A DNA stretch of 64,000 nucleotides. It comes from an uncultured Acidimicrobiaceae bacterium. GTDB taxonomy: Bacteria > Actinomycetota > Acidimicrobiia > Acidimicrobiales > RAAP-2. This document shows positions 1-8,615 of the stretch, in pieces. The notes beneath the pieces are model-generated. The model was not told the DNA's origin, made no database searches, and saw only the letters and a list, made by a program, of their open reading frames with translations. Both the position numbers and the translations under genes were made by a program. The stretch spans positions 15,093-79,092 of the forward strand of contig CAWIZQ010000001.1 in assembly GCA_963840595.1 (NCBI GenBank). The letters are read 5' to 3'. Every line of letters begins with the position of its first letter. Position 1 is the stretch's first letter.

Positions 1-662
1 CGGGCGCCCTGGTTCTGGGCGTCGTGGGCGACGCGCTGCTCGGCGCACTGGTCGTCTACTCCAAGCTCAATCCCTACCTCGTGGCACTGCATCTGGTGCT
101 CAGTTTGGCCATGGTCGCCATCGGGGCTTTGCTCTACCACCACGCCAAGTACGAGTACGGAGCGGGAGCCCGTGCGGACGTGCGCGACCCCCACTTCCGC
201 AACCTCGCGCGGTGCCTGTGGATCCCCTTGACCCTGGTTGTCCTCACCGGCACGGCTACGACGGGATCGGGACCACACGCGGGTGAGTCACAGGGCCAGC
301 TCGTCGCGCGACGTCTACCCTGGGCGTTTTCGTCGGCCGCGTGGGTTCACTCGCTGGCGGCCATTTTCTTCATCGGGGTCGTCCTCGGACTGCTCCTCGC
401 CATCTGGAAGAGCGGCGCGCCCAGCGCGCTGCGATTCGGGGTGCGCCGCCTGGTCCTGCTCGCCCTGACTCAGGCCGCGATCGGGGCCGTTCAGTACCTG
501 ACGCACGTGCCGGCCTGGCTCGTCGAACTCCACGAACTGGGTGCCGTCTCTCTCACCATTGGCGTCACCCAGTTCAACGTGCGCCAGTATGCGCGCGACC
601 GAGTTCCCGGCACGAAGAAGATGGTGGCCGCTCCTGTGGTCGCACCGGAACTCGTGGCCTGA
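1..662 (+). CDS. ctaA: heme A synthase (COX15/CtaA family), C-terminal part; 5' end lies outside the window
   Basis: The frame is open to the window edge. It is a polytopic membrane protein with His-bearing helices (LYHHAKYEY, GPHAGE, WVHSLAA, LTHVPAWLVELHELG) typical of COX15/CtaA. Confidence 0.6.
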   Translation, partial: GALVLGVVGDALLGALVVYSKLNPYLVALHLVLSLAMVAIGALLYHHAKYEYGAGARADVRDPHFRNLARCLWIPLTLVVLTGTATTGSGPHAGESQGQLVARRLPWAFSSAAWVHSLAAIFFIGVVLGLLLAIWKSGAPSALRFGVRRLVLLALTQAAIGAVQYLTHVPAWLVELHELGAVSLTIGVTQFNVRQYARDRVPGTKKMVAAPVVAPELVA

Positions 663-710
663 GTCCCTTCGCACGCGGACCGTGCGACAATGAGGCCGTG
701 AGAGCGACCC

Positions 711-1619
711 ATGTCGGCTGAACATCGCCACGCCGCGTCCACGTCGAGTTTGCGGCCGGTCGTCATCGCTCTGTGCTTGATTGCGGGCTTCTTCGTCGCC
801 GAGATCGTCTGTGCCATCCTCGGCTCGTCGCTCGTGCTCTTCGCGGACGCCGGACACATGATCACCGACGTCTTGGCTCTGGCCATGAGCGCGTGGGCAC
901 TGCGCCTCGCTCGTCGTCCACCCGAAGAGCGCTGGACGTACGGACTGCGGCGCGCCGAGATCGTGAGTGCGGCCCTCAATGGCGTCACGCTCGTCGCCGT
1001 AGGCCTCGTCATCGCGGTGGAGGCCATCCAACGACTCGTGGCACCACACCCGGTGAATGGCTCACTGGTTCTCGTGATCGCCCTCGTCGGGGCCGTCGTG
1101 AACATCGTCGCCTCGAGGGTGCTCGGGCTTGCCGATCGCACCAACCTCAACATTCGAGGCGCCTACCTTCACGTCCTCACCGATCTCTACGCGTTTATCG
1201 CCTCGGCCATCGCAGGACTTGTGATCGTGACGACGCACTGGCAGCGCGCGGACGCCGTCGCCTCGCTCGTTGTGGTGGCTCTGATGGCCATCGCCGCGTG
1301 GGGACTCTTGCGCGACGCCGGTCGGATTCTTCTCCAGGGCACACCCCACGACCTCGATCTCCTGGACGTGCGAAATCACCTCGCAGGCGTCGAGCACGTG
1401 CTGGACGTGCATGACCTGCACGCGTGGAGCGTGGCGTCGGATCTCACGACGCTGTCCGCCCATGTGGTCGTCGAGAGCGCATGCTTTGACGACGGGCACG
1501 CGCCCCAGATCCTGGACCAGCTTCAGACATGTCTCATGGAGCACTTCGCCGTCGAGCACGCCACGTTTCAGCTCGAACCCGCGACCCACGAGTCGCACGA
1601 GGAGGGCCTACACCCCTAA
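711..1619 (+). CDS. cation diffusion facilitator (CzcD/ZitB-like Zn/Co/Cd efflux)
   Basis: Six predicted TM segments plus a C-terminal cytoplasmic domain. HxxxD metal-site motifs (DAGHMITDV, LHVLTDL) and a His-rich tail (HESHEEGLHP) are present. Confidence 0.85.
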   Translation: MSAEHRHAASTSSLRPVVIALCLIAGFFVAEIVCAILGSSLVLFADAGHMITDVLALAMSAWALRLARRPPEERWTYGLRRAEIVSAALNGVTLVAVGLVIAVEAIQRLVAPHPVNGSLVLVIALVGAVVNIVASRVLGLADRTNLNIRGAYLHVLTDLYAFIASAIAGLVIVTTHWQRADAVASLVVVALMAIAAWGLLRDAGRILLQGTPHDLDLLDVRNHLAGVEHVLDVHDLHAWSVASDLTTLSAHVVVESACFDDGHAPQILDQLQTCLMEHFAVEHATFQLEPATHESHEEGLHP

Positions 1620-1642
1620 CGCTGAGCGCTCGCTGTTGCCGG

Positions 1643-2146
1643 TCAGTCTTGAGGATCCGCGCAGACGCTCTGGCTGTCGCGGCGGGTGGCAGTGGCTTGG
1701 GTGGAGGTGAAGAACCCGTTCACCAGGTGCCAGAACGAGCACGAGCGGTCGTTCATGAGGTGGGCGCTCGCGGGGTTGGTGACCCGAAGGACGCCGGGGC
1801 ACTCATCAGCGACTGCGTTCCAGATTGTCTTGCCGTTGTGGGTGACCCTCACGTACAGCAGGGCGGAGTCCTCCATACAGACGGGATTTCCGCCCTCGGG
1901 ACTCAGGCTCTCGATCGCCGCGCGCAACTCCAGAGCCTGATAGGCCGACAGCGTTACCGTCGACGCTTGGCTTGATCCGTGCACGAGGGACGTCACGCCA
2001 AAACCCGTCACGCTCACGCTCCCCGTCACCGGCATAACAACCGGAGTAGCCGGGCGAGAGGTGGCCCAGACAGGCAAGGAGAAGAGACCACCCGCGCCCA
2101 CCGCGATCGACAGAACAGCGACCAGGGTCTTCACTCGTTGTTTCAT
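1643..2146 (-). CDS. hypothetical secreted protein (signal peptide, 4 Cys)
   Basis: N-terminal MKQRVKTLVAVLSIAVGAGGLFSLPVWA looks like a signal peptide. I recognise no family. Confidence 0.45.
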   Translation of the reverse strand: MKQRVKTLVAVLSIAVGAGGLFSLPVWATSRPATPVVMPVTGSVSVTGFGVTSLVHGSSQASTVTLSAYQALELRAAIESLSPEGGNPVCMEDSALLYVRVTHNGKTIWNAVADECPGVLRVTNPASAHLMNDRSCSFWHLVNGFFTSTQATATRRDSQSVCADPQD

Positions 2147-2204
2147 GACTACCTAGTGTCCTATCCGGCGGCGTTCTTTCAGGAGATCCACGAACACCAA
2201 AGAT

Positions 2205-2720
2205 ATGATCAGACTCCTCATGACGCAGAGAATGCCCGAATATGGCGAACTGCCGGTGGGAAGCCGGGTCGTTCATCAGCATTTACGTGCCGCTGGTCTC
2301 ACGGCTCCGATCCATGAATTACCCGACTCCACCAGGACCGCGCGAGAGGCCGCGAGTGCCCTGGGCTGTGAGGTCGGCGCTATCGCCAGCAGCCTGATCT
2401 TTCTCGCTGACGGCGAGCCGCTACTCGTAATGACGAGTGGACGACATCGCGTGGACACGACGATTCTCGCGTGGTCCATAGGGGCGAGCTCAGTGGAGAT
2501 GGCCCCGGCCAAACGCGTTCACGACGTGACCGGCCAAGTGATCGGAGGTGTCGCGCCGGTTGGGCATCTGACGCCGCTACGCACCGTGGTCGATGAATCA
2601 CTCCGTGACTACGACACGATCTGGGCGGCGGCCGGAACCTCGCACACGGTCTTTGCCTTGACCTTCGACGAACTCATCGCACTGACCAACGGCACCACCG
2701 TCGTCGTAGCCGACGAGTGA
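2205..2720 (+). CDS. ybaK: YbaK/EbsC-type aminoacyl-tRNA deacylase
   Basis: Motifs TRTAREAASALGCEVGAIASSLIF and VIGGVAPVGH are typical of the YbaK/ProX editing domain. Which of several N-terminal Met codons is the start is uncertain. Confidence 0.7.
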   Translation: MIRLLMTQRMPEYGELPVGSRVVHQHLRAAGLTAPIHELPDSTRTAREAASALGCEVGAIASSLIFLADGEPLLVMTSGRHRVDTTILAWSIGASSVEMAPAKRVHDVTGQVIGGVAPVGHLTPLRTVVDESLRDYDTIWAAAGTSHTVFALTFDELIALTNGTTVVVADE

Positions 2721-2775
2721 ACGAACGAGGTATCGGGCCGGTTCAGAGAACGTGGCGAAAGTCGAGCCAGAGCGA

Positions 2776-3042
2776 CTACGGCTCGATCAATCCCACTTCG
2801 AGTAACCCCGCTTGCGCCCAGGGGTCGTCTCGCAGGCGACGGCGAATCTCGCCTTCGTTGTCGGCTTCGACCGCGTGCAAGGTTTGACGCTGATCCCCGA
2901 GCGGACCGCCCAGCAAGATGAATCCGTCCACGACGAGCCCGTCCATGAATACCGCGTGCTCGCCCCACCCGCGCTGTTCGCGGATCGCCCGGGAGTCGTC
3001 CCACTCCGGGCCACGGACAATGGTCACGGCGAAGTTGGCCAC
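2776..3042 (-). CDS. YciI-like small protein
   Basis: 88 aa. The pattern FMDGLVVDGFILLGGPLGD...EIRRRLRDDPW resembles the YCII-related domain. Confidence 0.55.
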   Translation of the reverse strand: MANFAVTIVRGPEWDDSRAIREQRGWGEHAVFMDGLVVDGFILLGGPLGDQRQTLHAVEADNEGEIRRRLRDDPWAQAGLLEVGLIEP

Positions 3043-3089
3043 TGATGCACCTCACAGATCTCCCCCGAACGCAGGGTGGGGGGCCAAAG

Positions 3090-3162
3090 TGGAGACGATG
3101 GGGATCGAACCCACGACCTCAGGCTTGCAAAGCCCGCGCTCTACCAACTGAGCTACATCCCC
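3090..3162 (-). tRNA. tRNA-Ala (anticodon TGC)
   Basis: The reverse complement GGGGATGTAGCTCAGTTGGTAGAGCGCGGGCTTTGCAAGCCTGAGGTCGTGGGTTCGATCCCCATCGTCTCCA folds as a cloverleaf. The anticodon loop is TTTGCAA and the G3:U70 Ala identity pair is present. CCA is not encoded. Confidence 0.95.
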
Positions 3163-3192
3163 GAGGGGACACTCATTTTACCAAAGCCCGGC

Positions 3193-4029
3193 CTAGGTGG
3201 GCCGATGATGGCGAATGGCCTTGGCGCGCTGACGATCGATGCGCAGCAGCTCGCGTTCTACGTCCGCCCAGTACAGGGGCGTCTCTTCGACCGGGGTGCC
3301 CTTGCGCTCCGCGTTAAAGAAGATCACGAAGGCCACCCACCACATCGGCAGATAGGCGCCGAGTTTCGCCACGAAGCCCGCGAGTTGCTGATCGAAGAGC
3401 GGGGTCATGTGCAACAGCGCGTGTTGGTGATGCAGGTCGGGGTACAGCGAGTGGTGAGAGAAGATCCAGATGAACGACAGGCTCGTCACCGCGAGGGCGG
3501 ACGCGAAGATGTAGCCCGCGCGCGCCGCGGGCGACAAGCGGTGAGTTCCGGGCATGATCGCCAGCGCCGGTAGCCACAGTTCGATGCCCACGAGCAAGAC
3601 GGCGAAGACGATGAGGCCGCGCCCGAAGGTCGAGCGCGCGCCCCAATCGACGACGGGGGTGATCAAGGTCGCCGTGCCGAGCAGCGTCACCAGCACCAAG
3701 GCGAGGCCGGGGTGCGTGAGCTTGCGCACCAGATAGTCCACCGGGGCGGGACTCGTAATGCGCCCGAGCACGGTGGTCGGGATGCTCATCAAGAGCAGCG
3801 GCGCCACCAACAACATGATCACGAGTCGCTGAATGGTAGCAACGGTGAGCGAGACCGAAGCCGCGAGATCGCCGATGGGCCAGATCGTCACCACAAGCAG
3901 CGCGAGCAGTGCGTAGAGCGCGAGTCGACGCTGGTGAGCCGAGTTAATGAGGAGGTAGAAGGCGACAGCGAGCGCCGCGATAACGGACAGCACCACCGGG
4001 TGCCACTGAAATGGCAGCATCGTGGCCAC
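3193..4029 (-). CDS. ctaG: cytochrome c oxidase assembly factor CtaG-like membrane protein
   Basis: A polytopic membrane protein of about 278 aa that resembles the caa3-type CtaG family. It lies in the same neighbourhood as ctaA. The family call is from memory. Confidence 0.5.
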   Translation of the reverse strand: MATMLPFQWHPVVLSVIAALAVAFYLLINSAHQRRLALYALLALLVVTIWPIGDLAASVSLTVATIQRLVIMLLVAPLLLMSIPTTVLGRITSPAPVDYLVRKLTHPGLALVLVTLLGTATLITPVVDWGARSTFGRGLIVFAVLLVGIELWLPALAIMPGTHRLSPAARAGYIFASALAVTSLSFIWIFSHHSLYPDLHHQHALLHMTPLFDQQLAGFVAKLGAYLPMWWVAFVIFFNAERKGTPVEETPLYWADVERELLRIDRQRAKAIRHHRPT

Positions 4030-4088
4030 GTCGCCACGGTAACGGACCTCACCCTCTCAGTAAAGGGAAACCTTGAGAGCACATACGA

Positions 4089-4691
4089 CTAAGCGACAGC
4101 ACCCATCTCGTGGCGAAACCTCGGACCGATCCGCGCGACGATGATCACGGTCAAGAAGAAGTCAGCCACAACGATGCAGCCAGGAAAGAGCACGCCGGCT
4201 GTCGTCCAGTGTTTGAGCGTCAAGATCGTGATCGCACAGTTCAAACTTCCCATGGCAAACGCCCGCGGCGTCTCGCTCGAAGGGGCCAGCCAGGATTTGC
4301 GAAAGGTGGGCAGTGCCGCGAGCTGGTCGGCGCAGACGAAGACGACGAGCGCCACGGTAGGTTCTCGCACGAGAGCCCACAGGATGAGCCCCACGACGGA
4401 GAACGAGCCGCAGATAATGTCGAAGGTTCCGATCTTCCACACGGCGTGCGAATTGTGAAATGACGCCACGACCACCGCGATCGGCACGAGCCCGAGCATC
4501 AGTGTCATCCACGCGGCCAGACCCACGTGCTGTTGAACCTCAACGCCAAAGGTGAGCACGCCTTCAATCCCCCAGAGCGACCACGTCACTCGATTGGGCG
4601 ACGTCTCACCCTTGAGGGTGTCGCGAATGTACCCGTATCCCCCAAACACCGAGAGCGCCATCGCAAGGAAGACGAAGTTGGGGTTAATCAC
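4089..4691 (-). CDS. hypothetical integral membrane protein (about 6 TM)
   Basis: Hydrophobic 200-aa ORF with ordinary high-GC codon usage. No recognised family. Confidence 0.5.
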   Translation of the reverse strand: MINPNFVFLAMALSVFGGYGYIRDTLKGETSPNRVTWSLWGIEGVLTFGVEVQQHVGLAAWMTLMLGLVPIAVVVASFHNSHAVWKIGTFDIICGSFSVVGLILWALVREPTVALVVFVCADQLAALPTFRKSWLAPSSETPRAFAMGSLNCAITILTLKHWTTAGVLFPGCIVVADFFLTVIIVARIGPRFRHEMGAVA

Positions 4692-4763
4692 GAGTCAAGT
4701 CTGCCCGTTGCGCACCACAGCTTTTCGCGGCGTTGTGGCGAGTGGACAGTAGCCTTCGACCCC

Positions 4764-5576
4764 GTGGACATTCGCGACTTTCTCGGGATAACGCGGACCA
4801 GCGAAGCAACGTGGCGCTTTCACGTCTCGGATCGTCTGATCACGCCTGGCAAGTTTCTCTTTGGCGGTTGCGCGCTCGCGGCTGGCGTAGTCGCCCTCGA
4901 AGAGGCGAGTTCGCGCCCCACGATCTACGCGGCGGCTCACTATCTCTCCTTCGCACCGCTCGACACTGACGTTGAAGTCGCAGTCGACGTCGCCGTGGTG
5001 GGTCGCCGGGTCACTCAGGCACGCGCCACGGCTACGACCGACGGTCGAGAAATCGTGACGATCAACGCCGCACTCGGAACCGGAGAGCTCTCCTCGCCGA
5101 GCCCGTGGCTCGAGATGCCCGACGTGCCAGCCCCCGAGGACTGCCCCGAGCGGCGCATGCCCGCGTTGTACGAGACGTCCATCTTCAGCCACGTCGAGAC
5201 TCGCGTCGCACTGGGCCGCCGATTTGACGACATTGATGGGACGCCGGGATCACCCATCTCGGCGCTGTGGGTACGCGTACCTCACCACCTTGAGCCATCG
5301 GCGGCAACACTCGCCATCTTCGGCGACTTCGTCGCAGGGGGATCTTCCCAGCCACTCGGACGACACACCATGGGCCGCAGCCTCGACAACACCATCCGAG
5401 TGGCGACACTCGCACCCACCGAATGGGTCCTGGTGGAGATTCACATGCACGCGTTGTCGAGCGGATTTAGCCAAGGCACGGCGTACCTCTGGAGTCGCGA
5501 CGGCGTGCTTCTGGGCACCGCCAGTCAGTCCATGTCCACGGTGCTCTGGGATCCGCCGACATCGAGGGACACCTAG
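4764..5576 (+). CDS. tesB: acyl-CoA thioesterase II (TesB-like, double hotdog)
   Basis: WRFHVSDRLITPGKFLFGGCALAAGVVALEE... plus a C-terminal hotdog repeat. The 4527 start in the ORF track overlaps the divergent membrane gene. The first in-frame canonical start after that overlap is GTG at 4764, so the start remains uncertain. Confidence 0.65.
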   Translation: MDIRDFLGITRTSEATWRFHVSDRLITPGKFLFGGCALAAGVVALEEASSRPTIYAAAHYLSFAPLDTDVEVAVDVAVVGRRVTQARATATTDGREIVTINAALGTGELSSPSPWLEMPDVPAPEDCPERRMPALYETSIFSHVETRVALGRRFDDIDGTPGSPISALWVRVPHHLEPSAATLAIFGDFVAGGSSQPLGRHTMGRSLDNTIRVATLAPTEWVLVEIHMHALSSGFSQGTAYLWSRDGVLLGTASQSMSTVLWDPPTSRDT

Positions 5577-5601
5577 GGGCTCATGTAGAGTGGTATCCCT
5601 T

Positions 5602-5678
5602 GGGGCTATAGCTCAGTCGGTTAGAGCGCGTCACTGATAATGACGAGGTCGTAAGTTCGATTCTTACTAGCCCCACCA
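5602..5678 (+). tRNA. tRNA-Ile (anticodon GAT), CCA encoded
   Basis: GGGGCTATAGCTCAGTCGGTTAGAGCGCGTCACTGATAATGACGAGGTCGTAAGTTCGATTCTTACTAGCCCCACCA. The anticodon stem is CGTCA/TGACG and the loop is CTGATAA. Confidence 0.95.
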
Positions 5679-5717
5679 GGAGGGCTTCGGATGGAAGTAC
5701 TGAGGTGCGATTTCGAG

Positions 5718-6731
5718 TTATCGCTCGACGGACGCAATTACTGCTTGGACTGCCGGATTGGCGTTGATGGGCACTAGGCGCGATGAAGGGTGTTCGTTGG
5801 CCCAAACGCGAAACAACTCATCGGCGAATCCTTGCCCAATTTGATTGACACCACTGAAGTCAAGTTCAATCACCTCAAATCCTTCTAGTCGAGAACCGAT
5901 CAATTTTGCCTCTGTCCGAGACACGAACTCTCCCTGGCGGAAAAGACCAATCCGGATGGTTGTTGTGTTGAGACGATGTGTGACGGGATCCTGCAAGGCG
6001 CCCATCACATCGTTCAATGTCCTAGTGATGTCGTAACAAATCTCACAGCGCACAAGAGTGCCTCGCCGTGCTCGGTCCAGCCATCCGATAGCTGAGTCGT
6101 CAATTTCATTATCTACCGTCCAGGTCAGATGATTCGCTGTGAGAACGAAGCGATCGACCAATCGAGACGTGAGGAAGATACCCAAACCACTATGCCGAGA
6201 CGGATCGGTTGTCTGCTTTCCCTTGGAGAGTTCACCGATCGCTTCAAAGTCGTCCTTGAGTTGTCGTGACCGCCGGAGAGATTCAAACGCCCCAATGCCA
6301 TTGTCGTCAACTTCAAAGGCGATCAAGTCCTGTCGGATGAACCACCTGACCTGAATTTCAGTACCCATCGAGTGGTCTATGGCGTTGTTCACCATTTCCG
6401 TGAAGGCGAAGTTCAGAGCTTGCCTTACGATCGGTCTGTCCTCTAAATCGAAGTCGAGGTGGCGTAAGGCGATGCGCTCGTTTCCCCAGACCTCATGCTC
6501 AGTCAATCCATCGAGAGGGTAAGAAGCGGTACGTTGAGCGTTAAGCCGGTAGCGACTGGAGCGCCTATTTCCCTCATGAATGAGGAGCCCGTCCGCGGTC
6601 ATCTGTGTCAACCACCGATGCGTTGCTTGGCGTGAGACACCGGCCGCTGTCGCGACTTCGGTTGAGGTTACGTAGGTGCGATCGGCAAGAAGTCGCTCAA
6701 TGAGGCGGGGTACCGGTTCCTTGCGGTTCAT
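5718..6731 (-). CDS. fusion protein: N-terminal winged HTH + GHKL/HATPase_c (RsbW/SpoIIAB-like) ATPase + C-terminal STAS-like (DUF4325-type) domain
   Basis: wHTH at TSTEVATAAGVSRQATHRWLTQMTADGLL. Bergerat-fold motifs are the N-box EMVNNAIDH, G1 DDNGIG and G2 SGLGIFL. The C-terminus VIELDFSGVNQIGQGFADELF matches my recollection of DUF4325. AT-rich codon usage is unlike the neighbouring genes. Confidence 0.7.
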   Translation of the reverse strand: MNRKEPVPRLIERLLADRTYVTSTEVATAAGVSRQATHRWLTQMTADGLLIHEGNRRSSRYRLNAQRTASYPLDGLTEHEVWGNERIALRHLDFDLEDRPIVRQALNFAFTEMVNNAIDHSMGTEIQVRWFIRQDLIAFEVDDNGIGAFESLRRSRQLKDDFEAIGELSKGKQTTDPSRHSGLGIFLTSRLVDRFVLTANHLTWTVDNEIDDSAIGWLDRARRGTLVRCEICYDITRTLNDVMGALQDPVTHRLNTTTIRIGLFRQGEFVSRTEAKLIGSRLEGFEVIELDFSGVNQIGQGFADELFRVWANEHPSSRLVPINANPAVQAVIASVER

Positions 6732-6744
6732 GTCGACCTCCCGG

Positions 6745-6862
6745 TTTACTCAAAGTTTTGGAATATGCGCAGTTTTAGTTTACTATTTTACTCGAAATAT
6801 CCCATTTTGCTTTACATTATTACTCAAATATGGAAATAGCCAAAATTGAGTACAAATGTAAA
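6745..6862. repeat. iterated TTACTC(A/G)AA motifs plus a 17-bp imperfect inverted repeat, upstream of the islet gene (putative operator array)
   Basis: Direct core copies lie at 6746-6754, 6788-6796 and 6820-6828. An inverted TACTCAA lies at 6846-6852. The arms tttacattattactcaa (6811-6827) and ttgagtacaaatgtaaa (6846-6862) match in 15 of 17 positions as an inverted repeat. Confidence 0.6.
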
Positions 6863-7123
6863 CCTCATCGAGATCTCGAATTTTGAGGCAGGAAAGCGAT
6901 CCTCATAGGTATCTTGAGTCGCCAGAAGTTTTTCTTGGCGCATTCGGAAATTTACCGCCACAAACAATCTCCTACCTCGCGTGATGAACATCCATTAGCC
7001 GACAGACCATCGGCTCGTTGCTCACGCTCACTCCCCGACGACAGCAAGGAAAGTTACTCGCGCTAGCGGCGAGAATTACCGCCTCTAGGATTCGCGAAGT
7101 GGGTTCGCCCAATTTGAAGGAGC

Positions 7124-8305
7124 ATGATGCCAGAAGCGGTCATTGTCGATGCGCTGCGCACCGCCGGAGGTAAGCGCAACGGGAAACTCAAGAATTGGCA
7201 CGCGGTCGATCTCGCGTCCGAAGTTCTTCGTGCTCTCGCGGAGCGCAATGACCTCGACCCGACGATGGTTGACGACGTCATCACGGGCTGCGTATCCCAG
7301 GTCGGCGAGCAAGCCTTCAACGTGGGACGTAATGCAGTTCTCGCCGCCGGTTGGCCTGAGTCAGTACCAGCCACGACCATCGATCGACAGTGCGGCTCAT
7401 CCCAGCAAGCGTTGCACTTCGCCGCCCAGGGCGTGATGGCAGGCGCCTACGACGTCGTCGTCGCCTCCGGGGTCGAGGTCATGTCGCGCGTCGCCATGGG
7501 CTCATCGGTCGGCTCGAACGCCGGCTGGCCCTTCGGACCTCGGATCGCCGCGCGTTACGAACCCGTCGGCGGACTCGTCAACCAGGGCATCGGTGCCGAG
7601 TTGATTGCCGACCAGTGGGGCATCTCGCGCGAAGAACTCGACGAATTCTCCGTCGAGAGCCACCGCCGCGCTGCTCGCGCCACGGCGGAGGGACGCTTTG
7701 CTCGCGAGATCATTCCCGTTGCCGTGCGTGACGAAGATGGGAATGACACCGGCGAGTTAGTGACTGCTGACGAGGGCATCCGGGCTGACTCGAGTGTCGA
7801 AGCGCTCGCCAAGCTTAAGCCCGCCTTCAAGGAAGATGGCAAGGTGACCGCGGGCAACTCCTCGCAGATCACCGACGGCGCGTCGGCCGTGCTGATCATG
7901 AGCGAAGAGCGCGCGAAGGAACTCGGGTATCGCCCTCGCGCGCGGTTCCACTCTTTTGCCCTCGCGGGAGTGGACCCGGTCACGATGCTGACAGGGCCGA
8001 TCCCGGCGACGCGAAAGATCCTGGAGCGAGCGGGCCTCACGCTGGAGGACATTGATCTGATCGAGATCAACGAGGCGTTTGCGTCGGTAGTGCTCGCCTG
8101 GCAACGCGAGCTCAAGTCCGACCTCGAGAATGTCAACGTGAACGGCGGGGCCATCGCGCTCGGTCACCCGCTGGGGGCCTCGGGAACGAAGCTCTGCGCG
8201 ACGCTGCTCAACGAGCTCGAGCGAACCGACGGTCGGTACGGCCTGCTCACGATGTGCGAAGGCGGCGGACTCGCCAACGCGACGATCATCGAACGACTCG
8301 ACTAG
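7124..8305 (+). CDS. fadA: acetyl-CoA C-acyltransferase (thiolase)
   Basis: Thiolase signatures include the active-site Cys context IDRQCGSSQQA and the C-terminal NVNGGAIALGHPLGASG...CEGGGLA. Confidence 0.9.
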   Translation: MMPEAVIVDALRTAGGKRNGKLKNWHAVDLASEVLRALAERNDLDPTMVDDVITGCVSQVGEQAFNVGRNAVLAAGWPESVPATTIDRQCGSSQQALHFAAQGVMAGAYDVVVASGVEVMSRVAMGSSVGSNAGWPFGPRIAARYEPVGGLVNQGIGAELIADQWGISREELDEFSVESHRRAARATAEGRFAREIIPVAVRDEDGNDTGELVTADEGIRADSSVEALAKLKPAFKEDGKVTAGNSSQITDGASAVLIMSEERAKELGYRPRARFHSFALAGVDPVTMLTGPIPATRKILERAGLTLEDIDLIEINEAFASVVLAWQRELKSDLENVNVNGGAIALGHPLGASGTKLCATLLNELERTDGRYGLLTMCEGGGLANATIIERLD

Positions 8306-8312
8306 TCGCGCG

Positions 8313-8591
8313 TTATTTGTAGCCGGTCGCCAAGTAGAAGGCGATGAAGATCGCCGCCAGCCCACCGGCCAAGTACCACGCCGAAGTCGCGCCGGGTAGT
8401 GCATCGAGATAGTTCAAGATGATGATGAGAATCCCGAGCAGTAAGAGCCCGATGATCGTCCAGCCATACCACTTCGGGCTCTTCTTGGCGCTGGTCGGTC
8501 GACGCACGGTGATGCGACCGCGCGTCACCGGGTCGACGTAGCGACCAACCGTCTTCTTGGGCGGAACGGGCTTGGCGGGAGTTTTGGCCAT
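8313..8591 (-). CDS. crgA: cell division protein CrgA
   Basis: 92 aa with a basic N-terminus (GRYVDPVTRGRITVRRP), PKWYG and two TM segments. The position next to pknB matches other actinobacteria. Confidence 0.8.
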   Translation of the reverse strand: MAKTPAKPVPPKKTVGRYVDPVTRGRITVRRPTSAKKSPKWYGWTIIGLLLLGILIIILNYLDALPGATSAWYLAGGLAAIFIAFYLATGYK

Positions 8592-8615
8592 AGGGGAAAA
8601 GGCTACAAGCGATGC

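Larger units (their letters stand above)
5679..7060. other. low-G+C islet inserted immediately 3' of tRNA-Ile (one gene plus an AT-rich upstream region)
   Basis: Base composition drops visibly against the flanks. By eye and uncomputed, the CDS is near 50% G+C and 6740-6900 is about one-third G+C. No integrase or clear att repeat was seen. Confidence 0.55.

Noticed and set aside
6765-6839. A 24-codon hydrophobic mini-ORF (MRSFSLLFYSKYPILLYIITQIWK) divergent from the islet gene, which could be read as a small toxin or leader peptide.
   Set aside because: No convincing Shine-Dalgarno sequence precedes it. It lies in DNA of about one-third G+C, where short ORFs arise by chance. Much of its sequence is simply the TTACTCRAA repeats read in one frame. 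It is worth checking only if Ribo-seq data exist.
7085-7112. aagtgggttcgccc resembles a tRNA T-arm, which raised the possibility of an att-type direct repeat marking the right end of the tRNA-Ile islet.
   Set aside because: It does not match the 3' end of tRNA-Ile (gtaagttcgattcttactagcccc) beyond a few bases. It sits inside the probable thiolase 5' UTR and RBS region. No integrase is present to support an integration event.
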